Of a stretch of DNA of 24,747 bases, positions 8,518 through 18,050 are shown one piece after another. The stretch lies in assembly GCA_964347045.1 (NCBI GenBank), contig CAYFXC010000027.1:1715-26461 (forward strand), in the 5' to 3' direction. The notes below the pieces were generated by a model. It saw only the letters and a list, made by a program, of their open reading frames with translations, was not told where the DNA came from and searched no databases. Position 1 is the stretch's first letter. Each line of letters starts with the position of its first letter. This DNA is from an uncultured archaeon (GTDB lineage: Archaea > Asgardarchaeota > Hermodarchaeia > Hermodarchaeales > Hermodarchaeaceae). Made by a program: the position numbers and the translations under genes.

Positions 8518-10116
8518 ATGACACTTTCTTCTGGTAAAGACAAATACATCCTAGCCATCGATCATGGCACAACAGCGATGAAACCCGCGATTGTTTCAAC
8601 GCGTGGAGAAGTTATTGGATGGACATGTGAAAATACTCCTCTCTACTTACATCCAGGCGGAGGAGCGGAACAAAATCCTGAAGAATGGTGGCAGGCGTTC
8701 CTCTCAGCTGCTAAGGGTCTCATAGAACAAAAACTTGTTCCGCCAGAGGATATTGTTGCTGTATGTAATACTAGCCAATGGTCAGGGACGGTAGCGGTAG
8801 ATGTTAATGGAAACCACCTCATGAATGCGATCATTTGGATGGACTCTCGAGGAGCCCCTTATGTACGAAAGAAATTCAAAGGCATCATTAACATTCAAGG
8901 TTATTCTATTCTTAACCTTCTTCGGTGGCTCCGAAAAACTGCTGGAATACCCACGAAAAGTGGTAAAGACCCCATTGCCCATATCCTATATATCCAACAG
9001 GAACACCCTGACCTGTATGAGCAAGCAACTCTATTCCTTGAACCGACAGATTACATCAATCTACGGCTTTCAGGAGAAGTAGCTTCTTCACCTGCCTCAA
9101 TGATGTTATATTGGGTAATCGACACTCGGGATATTAGTAATCTGCATTATGATCAAGGGCTAATCAAGAAGTTAGGACTTCACCCTGACAAATTACCCAT
9201 TTTGAAAGAATCCACTGATGTACTTGGAACTCTTCAGAAAGAGGTGGCAAATACCCTTGGTCTCAATGAGGAGGTAAAGGTGTTTGTTGGAGCTCCTGAT
9301 ATTCCGTCGGCAGTGATTGGTTCAGGTGCAGTTCGAGACTTTGAAGGTCACATCTATATTGGTACCAGCAGTTGGCTGACGTGTCATGTGCCATACAAAA
9401 AGACTGATATTGGAAGCAACATGGCTTCACTCCCTTCTGCTATTCCTGGCCGATACTTCATTGCTAATGAACAAGAAACTGCAGGAGCTTGTTTAACCTT
9501 CCTTCGGGATAAAGTTTTTTACCCCGATGATAAAACAAAATGCGGAAATCAAGATGTCTACCAAGAATTTGATCAGATTGTTGAACAAGTTCCAGTACGA
9601 AGTAATAAAATCATATTCACGCCATGGCTCTATGGTGAACGAACACCGATTGAAGACCATACTGTTCGCGGTGCATTCTTTAACCTCTCATTAGATAGTG
9701 AAAAAGGTCACATTATTCGGGCAGTCTTTGAAGGGGTTGCTTTTAATAGCCGATGGGTTCTCATAGCGGTTGAAAAATTCATCAAGCAACCGTTTAAAAC
9801 ACTTAACATGATTGGTGGGGGTGCTCAGTCAGATGTCTGGTGCCAAATTTATGCTGATGTTCTTAATTGTAATATTCGGCAAGTTCTTGATCCAATTCAA
9901 GCAAATGCCCGTGGAGCAGCCTTTATTGCCAGTGTGGGTTTGGGCTATATCACTTTCAACGATATTCCTGACCTCATAAAAATTGCAAAAACCTATACCC
10001 CGAATCCTGAAAATAGAAGGTATTATGACAGAATCTTCAAGGAATATGTTGGAATTTATAAAACCAACAAAAAGCTCTACCAACGAATTAACACTGGTGA
10101 AAGTAACATGTCATAG
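8518..10116 (+). CDS. FGGY-family kinase (xylulokinase-like)
   Basis: LAIDHGTT, AEQNPEEWW, AIIWMDSR, YIGTSSW, PWLYGERTP, RAVFEGVA and IGGGAQS. Confidence 0.92.
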   Translation: MTLSSGKDKYILAIDHGTTAMKPAIVSTRGEVIGWTCENTPLYLHPGGGAEQNPEEWWQAFLSAAKGLIEQKLVPPEDIVAVCNTSQWSGTVAVDVNGNHLMNAIIWMDSRGAPYVRKKFKGIINIQGYSILNLLRWLRKTAGIPTKSGKDPIAHILYIQQEHPDLYEQATLFLEPTDYINLRLSGEVASSPASMMLYWVIDTRDISNLHYDQGLIKKLGLHPDKLPILKESTDVLGTLQKEVANTLGLNEEVKVFVGAPDIPSAVIGSGAVRDFEGHIYIGTSSWLTCHVPYKKTDIGSNMASLPSAIPGRYFIANEQETAGACLTFLRDKVFYPDDKTKCGNQDVYQEFDQIVEQVPVRSNKIIFTPWLYGERTPIEDHTVRGAFFNLSLDSEKGHIIRAVFEGVAFNSRWVLIAVEKFIKQPFKTLNMIGGGAQSDVWCQIYADVLNCNIRQVLDPIQANARGAAFIASVGLGYITFNDIPDLIKIAKTYTPNPENRRYYDRIFKEYVGIYKTNKKLYQRINTGESNMS

Positions 10117-10127
10117 GCCATTTAATT

Positions 10128-10520
10128 TTACTTCTTTTTCTTTGGAAGAGCTTGTAGCAAACGAGTTCGGTCAAAATATACTTCATTACGACTAATTTTA
10201 CCATCATCCAGTTCAACAATATCCATACCAAATTCAATGATTTTCTTTCTACCTGTCGGAATAACAGCTCGCCATTTAAGCGTAAACCCTCGTGTTGTAG
10301 GAAACACTTCAACAGGCTCCCAGATCCAATTTGGATTAGCAGCAAGGAGTCGCGTGAAATATTCACGTAGTTGATCATGTCCTTTTAACCCGTCCGGATT
10401 AGCTGGGTCACTATAGAAAGCATTGTCTGTATAGAATGCCAATAATGTGTCAGGTTCATTACCTGTCCAGGCTGGTAACCACTGTCGACAAAATTCAAGA
10501 ATATAGGCTTCTTCACTCAT
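10128..10520 (-). CDS. SnoaL-like / NTF2-fold protein
   Basis: WLPAW...LLAFYTDNAFYSDP...GMDIVELDDGKISRNEVYFD pattern; ATG at 10520 likely (track start GTG 10535). Confidence 0.8.
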   Translation of the reverse strand: MSEEAYILEFCRQWLPAWTGNEPDTLLAFYTDNAFYSDPANPDGLKGHDQLREYFTRLLAANPNWIWEPVEVFPTTRGFTLKWRAVIPTGRKKIIEFGMDIVELDDGKISRNEVYFDRTRLLQALPKKKK

Positions 10521-10650
10521 TGAGCTTCCCTTCACATACTTTCAGATGATTGGTCATATTTAATCATTCATCTGTTATTCTAGACTAGGATGGGAAAATC
10601 TCATAATACATAGGAATCAGAATACGATCGATCCTTTGACTTGATAATCA

Positions 10651-12369
10651 CTAATCTTTCCGTAAGTACCAGACAGAGAAAATAATTACTACTACAATGA
10701 CTACTATTGCAGCTGCGATAGTTAAGAGTAATGTCGGTGAAACAGTGCTAATTGGAACACTGAAAAATCCAGTCGCTTCAGAGGGGAACCGTGAATATCG
10801 TCCCGCGGAATCATTTGCACCAAAATAATATGAAAGAATACTTCCAGAAATACTATTACCCGGAACAGTGACTTGATAGATGTTTTCTGAGATTTCATTC
10901 AATAATAAATGATGGATCGAACCTTGATCTACCTGGTAATGAAGATCAACAAAAGCTACACGATCATCATCAGTAACTTCAACTGTAAATGTAACTGGTT
11001 GAAATTGAAAAGGAGGCTCTAGTGGATATGTGATAATCACTGGTGGAGCGATATCCTGTTTAGCAAAATAAATATCCTGATCCGCTAGATTTCGCCCATC
11101 AGTCCATACGATGTAGAGTTTTCCACTAGGTCCTGAACGAAGGGTGAAATAATCTCCGGGACGTGAAAAGGATAGGGGAAAACCTTCGGATGTAATCCGA
11201 ATGTCTTGAGAATAGGTATTTCCACCATCAGCCGAAAAACTGTAAAATATATCCCATTCATCATTTCTCGCATCTAACCAAGCTACGTGAATATTATCAT
11301 CTGAATCTATGTGCATTTCTACCATTCGTTGCATGTTTGTCATGACATCGTTTACTTGCACAGGTTGCAGCCACGAGGTTCCTCCATCAATTGATTTTGT
11401 TACAAAAACCTCTTTGTCAGCTAGTGAACCTGCAGCAAAGCAGATGTAAATGTTATTAAGACTATCAGTAGCACAAACAGTAATAATGGCAATCTCACCG
11501 AATCCCGGAGGATTAACTTGTTGAGGTAATGTCCACGTAGTCCCATAATCTGTGGACTTCATGAAGAATATTGTATCGATGGGTCCATTAGGATTTGAGT
11601 TCCATATCGTTGACACGAATAGCGTGCCATTAGGTGAACATGAAAGATATGGAATGCCGCCATGTGTGTTCCAAGGACCTAAAATCTGGGTTGGCAGGAA
11701 TGAGGACCCGCCATTTGTTGATTTGGTGAACACAAGGTCAGCCGAAGTTTGAGTAGTAAAATGGTCCCACATCATGTAGATATTCCCGTACATGTCTATA
11801 CAACCAGTTTCCTTATCATCGAGGTATCCGATAGTATCACTGGCTTGAGTTGGCGTTTGCCATGAAGAACCTCCATCAATTGTTTTTGTCACCCCTATCC
11901 CTTCACCAGGACCGCCATATTCTAAAAATGCAAAGTAAGCGTTGTCAGCAAAATCTGAAATTAGCCAAGGATCTGATTGGAATTCACCTGGTCCAAGGGT
12001 TTCCATAAGGATGTTTGAGCTGAAAGTTTGGCCTTCATCATCAGAAAAGCAGAATCCCACGCGACGTCCTGGACCATTGAAAGTATCAGCTTCCTTCCAT
12101 CCAATTAATAGTCGACCTGAATTTATTATAGTGAGTGTCGGTTCAACTTGTTCAGGATATGGCGAGCTGTCGTCTGTTACTCGAGTGTTATATCCGAATC
12201 GAATGTCGCCTAATTGGGCGGGTGATATTTGAGTTCCTTGGGGTAGGCTATTAATCTGATATGTAAACTTTTGAAATGGATAAAGGGCTGGTGCTACTAA
12301 AAATTGAGTAAACAACAACAATACAAGCAACCAAACATTTGAGTGAAATTTTTTCAATTCGTTTGCCAT
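10651..12369 (-). CDS. Secreted, C-terminally membrane-anchored BNR/Asp-box (sialidase-like) beta-propeller protein
   Basis: Signal-like N-terminus after ATG 12369; six Asp-boxes (SDDEGQTF, TIDGGSSW, STNGGSSF, STDYGTTW, SIDGGTSW, SADGGNTY); Ig-like segment (VTFTVEVTDD...YYFGANDSAG); C-terminal TM helix with short tail WYLRKD. Confidence 0.85.
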   Translation of the reverse strand: MANELKKFHSNVWLLVLLLFTQFLVAPALYPFQKFTYQINSLPQGTQISPAQLGDIRFGYNTRVTDDSSPYPEQVEPTLTIINSGRLLIGWKEADTFNGPGRRVGFCFSDDEGQTFSSNILMETLGPGEFQSDPWLISDFADNAYFAFLEYGGPGEGIGVTKTIDGGSSWQTPTQASDTIGYLDDKETGCIDMYGNIYMMWDHFTTQTSADLVFTKSTNGGSSFLPTQILGPWNTHGGIPYLSCSPNGTLFVSTIWNSNPNGPIDTIFFMKSTDYGTTWTLPQQVNPPGFGEIAIITVCATDSLNNIYICFAAGSLADKEVFVTKSIDGGTSWLQPVQVNDVMTNMQRMVEMHIDSDDNIHVAWLDARNDEWDIFYSFSADGGNTYSQDIRITSEGFPLSFSRPGDYFTLRSGPSGKLYIVWTDGRNLADQDIYFAKQDIAPPVIITYPLEPPFQFQPVTFTVEVTDDDRVAFVDLHYQVDQGSIHHLLLNEISENIYQVTVPGNSISGSILSYYFGANDSAGRYSRFPSEATGFFSVPISTVSPTLLLTIAAAIVVIVVVIIFSVWYLRKD

Positions 12370-12577
12370 CCAATCTCTCGAATCGTGGACTAGGTAAGTA
12401 AAAAGGGATACCAATACGGCAGACTTTTGCTCTCTTCGTCAGTAATCTATAGATGTAATAGAGTAATACCGTTTCGGTGTTCTAAACGAAAGGCTCATTG
12501 GATAGGGTAATGCCAAATCAATATAAAGGGAATAGCGAATTTCAAATATGGGATAATTCTGCTTTGAAGGGTGAGAA

Positions 12578-15370
12578 TTGAAAACTAGATATCTAATCCC
12601 AATCATTTTTGTTTTCTTTCTTTTGCTATCCTTTTTTAGCTCAGTTTCATTGAAAGGTGCTTACGAAACTCCACAAACGCCTGCACCAGTTGAATTGATT
12701 GGTACGGGTTCGTCCTTAGATGTTTATGAATTTGTCCAAAATCATAGTGCAACATTCTATAATGCGAAGAACAATACTATCTTCTCATATTTAGTGAACT
12801 GGTTTCCAACATCATATCGTGGATATCATTTATTTGCTGAGATTCAAAATGTTCGCAAAACTACTAATCCAGTTCCAAACGGAGACTTTGAACTGTACAC
12901 CGAACCTGGTAACAACTGGACTCTAATTGATGATGGTACTGGACTTATCAGTTCAATTAGCAATATTTCGGGAGGAAATCCCGGTTCGTGTCTTGATGTG
13001 GAACTAGCAAATGACAAATTACTTTTACAACGGAACGCTTTGATAGAAAATAGCTTCGAATACACGTCTGCTCTCCCTCCTGATCATCTTACACTCTATT
13101 TTGATATACGGTTTTCCTCTGATATTACTGTCGAGAATTGGTTAATAATAGAAGTAAGTATAGAAACTAGTTTTGGTTCTACTGTTGCCAATTGGATAAC
13201 CACAACAGCAGATTATCATCCAACAACATGGAACACAATTTCTGTCCCTTCTGTACCTGTAAATGGCTCATTAACACTTCATATTGAAGTTATAAAATCG
13301 ACAACTTCAAACCTTGACGTGGATGGCCATATCTATTTTGATAATTTCAATTACCAAATTGGATCATATGCCACTCCAAGCGAAGTAGGGCTTTCATTGA
13401 ATGGCACAGATGTTGAAGACACATTCGGAAATTATGGCGAAGTCAATGTCTATGCTGACCCTGTAATGAAAGAAGAAGTCAATCTATCCAAGGCTTGGGA
13501 TACATCTCTGCTTTTTATTTTCAACTCGTCTTTTTCCATTTCCTTTGACTTTGAATATATCATGGCAATGAAAAATGAAAACCTCGGTGCGGCACAAACA
13601 GGATACGTAGTCAAGATGAACCAAAACCCCCTGTGGACAATAAACTATACAATCCCAAGTGGTCGACCTCCTCCTGGTTTTTCGAATTATCAGTATGGTT
13701 TCTATTTACAATACGAATGGCAAATTATTGGTGTGCGTGATAGTCTTGGTCTCATAGTCATGGATTATACCTATAATGCCTCAAGCCGCTTTTTCCTTTT
13801 GAATAAAGCCATTGCTTCACCAGGTGATCGCTTCACAGTATATGCACAAAGTAACAACCATGTGATAGATGTTTACATCCAAAAAAGTGTCTCTGCAGAA
13901 GGTCCTTGGGAAAATGTAACTACGGATGACTTCGTTTTGACTGGCGAATATATTCGTGTCATAGGAAGCCTAGGTTCAATTAGTGCATCTGGTAATTCTG
14001 GTGTCATTTCGGTTCTTCTTCCTAATGGCACTATTTGGAAAATGGATTCAAATCCAACTTTTAATCCCATTTCAAATACAGTAACAAGTGAAATTTGGCA
14101 GACTCCAGCTTATAGTGATGAATCATCAGCAAACGATTATACAGCCATTGTGAGTTTCTCATCGGGAACTCAATCTGGGTTGAGGAATAAAACATTCAAA
14201 ACAATGAATCAGGCACAGATTCTACTAGTCACACCCTTTCCCAATAGTACGAGGGGTTGGGAAGATTTTGAAATAATCGTCTTTATACAAGATACGACTA
14301 CAGAAGAATATATTACTGAAGCCGAGGTTCGTTTACGCTATCTTAACCCTCAAGGTCAAAATCAATCAGTTATCATGTCTCTTAATGAGCAGGGAGCATA
14401 TTTTACCCGTTTTTCACCCACAGCCTATGGTGCATATTCATCAATCGACTTTTTTGTAGAATTCTATAAGCAAGGTTATGTCAATGCTACATATAATCAG
14501 GGAACAGCGAGGCAAATCAATATTATTGTGAATGCTGGGATTCACCCCCAAGCAGCAATGCTAAATCAAATAATCGTATTCAGCATTTCATTGGCGATTA
14601 TCATTCTCTCTTTGTGGTTATTATATAGTAAAGGATATCGTCAACGTTATAGTATTCCCAAACAACAAGCCCACGAGAAAAAACTACAAGAAGTTTTAAC
14701 GATTTACAATGATGTAACCAATCTCTCTCGGTTTCTTGTCCTTCACCGAGGATCAGGAATAGCGATTTTTGACTCACTCGGAGAAAGAGCACGCGATGGC
14801 TCGTTGATTGGAGGTTTTCTACAAGCCATACAAGCATTTTCACTTGATGTTGATGAAGTACAAAAACCAAAAGAAACTGCTCAGCTTTCTGAAATAACCT
14901 ATGAAGGATTTAGAGTTCTAATAAACGATGGTCAACATGTACGAACTGCAATCGTTTATCGAGGCACCCCCAGTGCGACTCTTCATGAAAAACTTAATCT
15001 ATTTACACAAAAGTTTGAAGAACGATATGAACAGGAACTACTCTTGCATGGTCACGAACCGCAGCGATTCCAAGCTGCAAATGATTTTTTAGAAGAAATA
15101 TTTCATATCTCATTGCTCTACCCTCATAAGGTAAAACTAAAAACTGGAGATATTACCTTAACAACTCTCGAAAGTCGCTTGCATTTTGTTGCCCTTGAAC
15201 TGGTTAAGGAACATGAAAGGATATTTCTCTCGGAAATTGTTAGCACCTATTTAGAAACTATTCAGCAAAATCCTTTAGAAGTACTAAATGGGATTTTTCA
15301 ATTGCGTGAAAAAGGATTGCTCACTCCAATTGAGAATTTCAATGCAGAGAATTCTTTGGCAAGACACTAG
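12578..15370 (+). CDS. Large single-pass membrane protein: beta-rich ectodomain, TM helix, longin-like domain, probable C-terminal winged helix
   Basis: Signal peptide MKTRYLIPIIFVFFLLL; ~640 aa S/T/N-rich ectodomain with many NxS/T sequons and an NGDFE...YFDNF jelly-roll-like motif; TM at aa 665-683; LVLHRGSGIAIF...LIGGFLQAIQAF...EITYEGFRVLINDGQHVRTAIV longin-like pattern; C-terminal LSEIV...VLNGIFQLREKGLLTP. GGGTGA precedes the TTG. Confidence 0.75.
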   Translation: MKTRYLIPIIFVFFLLLSFFSSVSLKGAYETPQTPAPVELIGTGSSLDVYEFVQNHSATFYNAKNNTIFSYLVNWFPTSYRGYHLFAEIQNVRKTTNPVPNGDFELYTEPGNNWTLIDDGTGLISSISNISGGNPGSCLDVELANDKLLLQRNALIENSFEYTSALPPDHLTLYFDIRFSSDITVENWLIIEVSIETSFGSTVANWITTTADYHPTTWNTISVPSVPVNGSLTLHIEVIKSTTSNLDVDGHIYFDNFNYQIGSYATPSEVGLSLNGTDVEDTFGNYGEVNVYADPVMKEEVNLSKAWDTSLLFIFNSSFSISFDFEYIMAMKNENLGAAQTGYVVKMNQNPLWTINYTIPSGRPPPGFSNYQYGFYLQYEWQIIGVRDSLGLIVMDYTYNASSRFFLLNKAIASPGDRFTVYAQSNNHVIDVYIQKSVSAEGPWENVTTDDFVLTGEYIRVIGSLGSISASGNSGVISVLLPNGTIWKMDSNPTFNPISNTVTSEIWQTPAYSDESSANDYTAIVSFSSGTQSGLRNKTFKTMNQAQILLVTPFPNSTRGWEDFEIIVFIQDTTTEEYITEAEVRLRYLNPQGQNQSVIMSLNEQGAYFTRFSPTAYGAYSSIDFFVEFYKQGYVNATYNQGTARQINIIVNAGIHPQAAMLNQIIVFSISLAIIILSLWLLYSKGYRQRYSIPKQQAHEKKLQEVLTIYNDVTNLSRFLVLHRGSGIAIFDSLGERARDGSLIGGFLQAIQAFSLDVDEVQKPKETAQLSEITYEGFRVLINDGQHVRTAIVYRGTPSATLHEKLNLFTQKFEERYEQELLLHGHEPQRFQAANDFLEEIFHISLLYPHKVKLKTGDITLTTLESRLHFVALELVKEHERIFLSEIVSTYLETIQQNPLEVLNGIFQLREKGLLTPIENFNAENSLARH

Positions 15371-15493
15371 ATTCGTAGCAACCGACTTCATCTGAAAAAT
15401 TTCTGGATGGTGCCTAACACTTATTTGAAGATACCAGCTGTGCTGAGTTATCCAAAATTTAATTTTCAGCATAGATTGTAAGTGTGAATCTCT

Positions 15494-16792
15494 ATGTCAG
15501 AAAAAAATGATGTTAGTATCTCTCGTCGCTATTTTGTTGTAATAGGTGCCCTTATCATTCAAGTATGTCTTGGCTCAATCTATGCGTGGTCCATCTTCCA
15601 AGCCGCACTTCGAGAAGGTATCTACATCTGGCCCTCACTTTGGACACAATTACCCTTTGCCGCAGGTCTTGCGTCCTTTGCTGTCTTTATGATCCTTGCG
15701 GGTCGGTGGCAAGACCGCATCGGTCCCAGAAAAGTTGCCACTATCGGCGGACTTCTACTTGGAACGGGATATCTTCTTGCCGGTCTTGTTGATATTATCA
15801 GTCAAAACAATCCACTAATCGGAACTATTTGGCTGATTCTCACTTACGGTATCATTGCAGGAGCAGGTATTGGATTTGCCTATGTATGTCCCATTGCCGC
15901 ACTTGTAAAATGGTTCCCAGATAAAAAAGGGTTTATCACCGGTGTAGCAGTTGCCGGATTCGGAGCTGGTGCTCTTGTTATGGGATATGTCGAAACGTTG
16001 CTACTCGGGTTACCTATTATCTATCCATCAGTCGGTGGAGCTTTCATAGTTCTGGGTATTCTTTACTTGTTTCTTGTAGTTTCAGGCTCCCAGCTATTGA
16101 CCAATCCACCTCATGGGTGGATTCCTCCAGGATATCTTCCTTCAATAGGCACCGCTGAAGCAAAGGAACAAGAATATCTGCCCCGAGATATGATTGTTAC
16201 CACTGTTTTTTGGCTACTTTGGTTTTTGTTCTTATTTGCAGCAACTGCTGGACTCATGACATTGGGGAACGTCAAATCAGCAGGTGCCGCAATAGATCCA
16301 TTGACTGCAAGTCTACCAAATTGGGGCTTTATAGCGGCCATTCTAGTTGGCGTCATGTCGATCTTCAATGCTTTCGGGCGGATTGCTTGGGGTGCACTCT
16401 CAGACCGAATCGGACGAGTCTCTACGATGGTCATTATGTTCACCCTACTCACAATCGCTATGTTCACCTTTGCCTTTCTTAGCACTACATATGCAAGCTG
16501 GATTACTGTCATGTTCATCGCATCGCTAGTCGGGTTTTGTTTTGGTGGAAATTTTGCCCTTTTCCCCTCTTCTACTGCGGATTATTATGGAACAAAAAAC
16601 GTGGGCTCTAATTATGGAGTACTATTTACTGCCTATGGGGTTGCTGGAATTACGGGAGCTCTCGCAGCAGGATTTATCGTTGACTTGACTGGTAGCTATG
16701 TATTCGCTTTTATCTTTACAGGTATTCTCGCAATGGTTGCAGTCATTCTGGCAATTTTACTTTACCGAATTCGAAAACCAATGAAAAGATAA
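15494..16792 (+). CDS. MFS transporter, oxalate:formate antiporter (OFA) / monocarboxylate family
   Basis: GSIYAWSIF, GRWQDRIGPR, KWFPDKKG, GALSDRIGR and YYGTKNVGSNYG; about 12 TM helices. Confidence 0.92.
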   Translation: MSEKNDVSISRRYFVVIGALIIQVCLGSIYAWSIFQAALREGIYIWPSLWTQLPFAAGLASFAVFMILAGRWQDRIGPRKVATIGGLLLGTGYLLAGLVDIISQNNPLIGTIWLILTYGIIAGAGIGFAYVCPIAALVKWFPDKKGFITGVAVAGFGAGALVMGYVETLLLGLPIIYPSVGGAFIVLGILYLFLVVSGSQLLTNPPHGWIPPGYLPSIGTAEAKEQEYLPRDMIVTTVFWLLWFLFLFAATAGLMTLGNVKSAGAAIDPLTASLPNWGFIAAILVGVMSIFNAFGRIAWGALSDRIGRVSTMVIMFTLLTIAMFTFAFLSTTYASWITVMFIASLVGFCFGGNFALFPSSTADYYGTKNVGSNYGVLFTAYGVAGITGALAAGFIVDLTGSYVFAFIFTGILAMVAVILAILLYRIRKPMKR

Positions 16793-16808
16793 ACAATTTC
16801 AAGGAGCA

Positions 16809-16834
16809 TTTTTCATTATTTTTTTCTTCTTTTT
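16809..16834 (+). terminator. Oligo-T tracts downstream of the MFS gene (archaeal-type terminator)
   Basis: tttttcattatttttttcttcttttt starting about 17 nt after the stop codon. Confidence 0.45.
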
Positions 16835-17081
16835 AAAAAAATTCTGTTTCTCAACTAGGCTGAAATAGATTGTGTGTTCTCATTTTTTCATCAAGTTGAA
16901 ACAATTGGCTAGCTTCGTCAACAAAAAATGCAGCCACTTGGCATTTTCACATTCCTGCTAATTCAACCACAATTACAAGATTATTTGAGTTATAGATTTA
17001 ATACTCATGTGAGCTCTTCTGTTTCACAATTGATATTACAATGAAATTAGTCACCAATTGATATGGCTTTTATTTAATTTC

Positions 17082-18050
17082 TTAAGCCTTTAGATATTTT
17101 ATCGCTTTCAGAGCCCAATCGGCATCTTTCCGTAATGATCGTCCTACAGCAATAAAATCAATTTGGCCTTCTCTAATTATGCGATCAGCAAATTGAGGTG
17201 TTTTGACTCCTCCAACACCAATCACTGGAACATCTACATGCGCTTTGATTGCTTCAGCCTGTGGTATAAAGAAACCCTCTTTTCCTTTTAGCTCATCAGG
17301 GACTGCGCCACACAATCCACCTGACACATCTAAGATATCAATACCAGCATTAACAAGCGCCTTCCCAAAATATTGAGAATCTTCAATTTGAGTTCCCATT
17401 AGGGCTAAATCCACCGAACCGAGACGGTATAAAAGGAGTCGTGTCCCCATCTTCTTCTTCACTTCTCTAACAACTGCTAAGGGTAAGCGAATTCGGTTGT
17501 CTAAACCTCCTCCATACTCATCTTGGCGATGATTAGTTATAGGAGAATAAAATTGATTTAGTAAAAATCCATGAGCCCCATGAATCTCTACGCCATCAAA
17601 ACCCGCTTGCATTGCTCGTTCAGCTGCCCTGCCAAATGTATACGGCAGCATTTCAATTTCATCAACCCTTAGCTCGCGAGCTTTTTCTTTAGCTGATGGT
17701 GCCACTGATTCAATACCCAGCCTTGACGGTGCCTTTGCTCCAGCATGGTTTAACTGCAAAACTATTCGAGTGTTAAATGGTTGAATCCGTTTTACCAACT
17801 CCTTTAATCCAGCAACCAAATGATCATCATAAATACCCAACTGACGTTTACTAAGTTGCCCATGCAGATTCACATAACTGTGCTCTACAATAATAAGCCC
17901 CAAAGCCTCTGCACGCTTCTCATAGAATGTGATAAGCTTCTCAGTTACACCTCCTTCTACTGTAGCATGATCTCCTTGCATAGGAGGCATAACGAAACGA
18001 TTTTTGAAAAATACACCCTTAACCTTAATTGAATCTAAAACACTCGGCAA
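17082..18050 (-). CDS. NADH:flavin oxidoreductase (old yellow enzyme family)
   Basis: KNRFVMPPM, LQLNHAG, AGFDGVEIHGAHG, NHRQDEYGG and VPVIGVGG; likely TTG start at 18050, since the track extension to 18200 does not look homologous. Confidence 0.9.
   Translation of the reverse strand: MPSVLDSIKVKGVFFKNRFVMPPMQGDHATVEGGVTEKLITFYEKRAEALGLIIVEHSYVNLHGQLSKRQLGIYDDHLVAGLKELVKRIQPFNTRIVLQLNHAGAKAPSRLGIESVAPSAKEKARELRVDEIEMLPYTFGRAAERAMQAGFDGVEIHGAHGFLLNQFYSPITNHRQDEYGGGLDNRIRLPLAVVREVKKKMGTRLLLYRLGSVDLALMGTQIEDSQYFGKALVNAGIDILDVSGGLCGAVPDELKGKEGFFIPQAEAIKAHVDVPVIGVGGVKTPQFADRIIREGQIDFIAVGRSLRKDADWALKAIKYLKA

Noticed and set aside
16852-16945. Minus-strand peptides FFVDEASQ (helicase Walker-B-like) and MPSGCIFC (HIT-like start)
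   Set aside because: Isolated motifs in very short frames bounded by stops; no further similarity is visible
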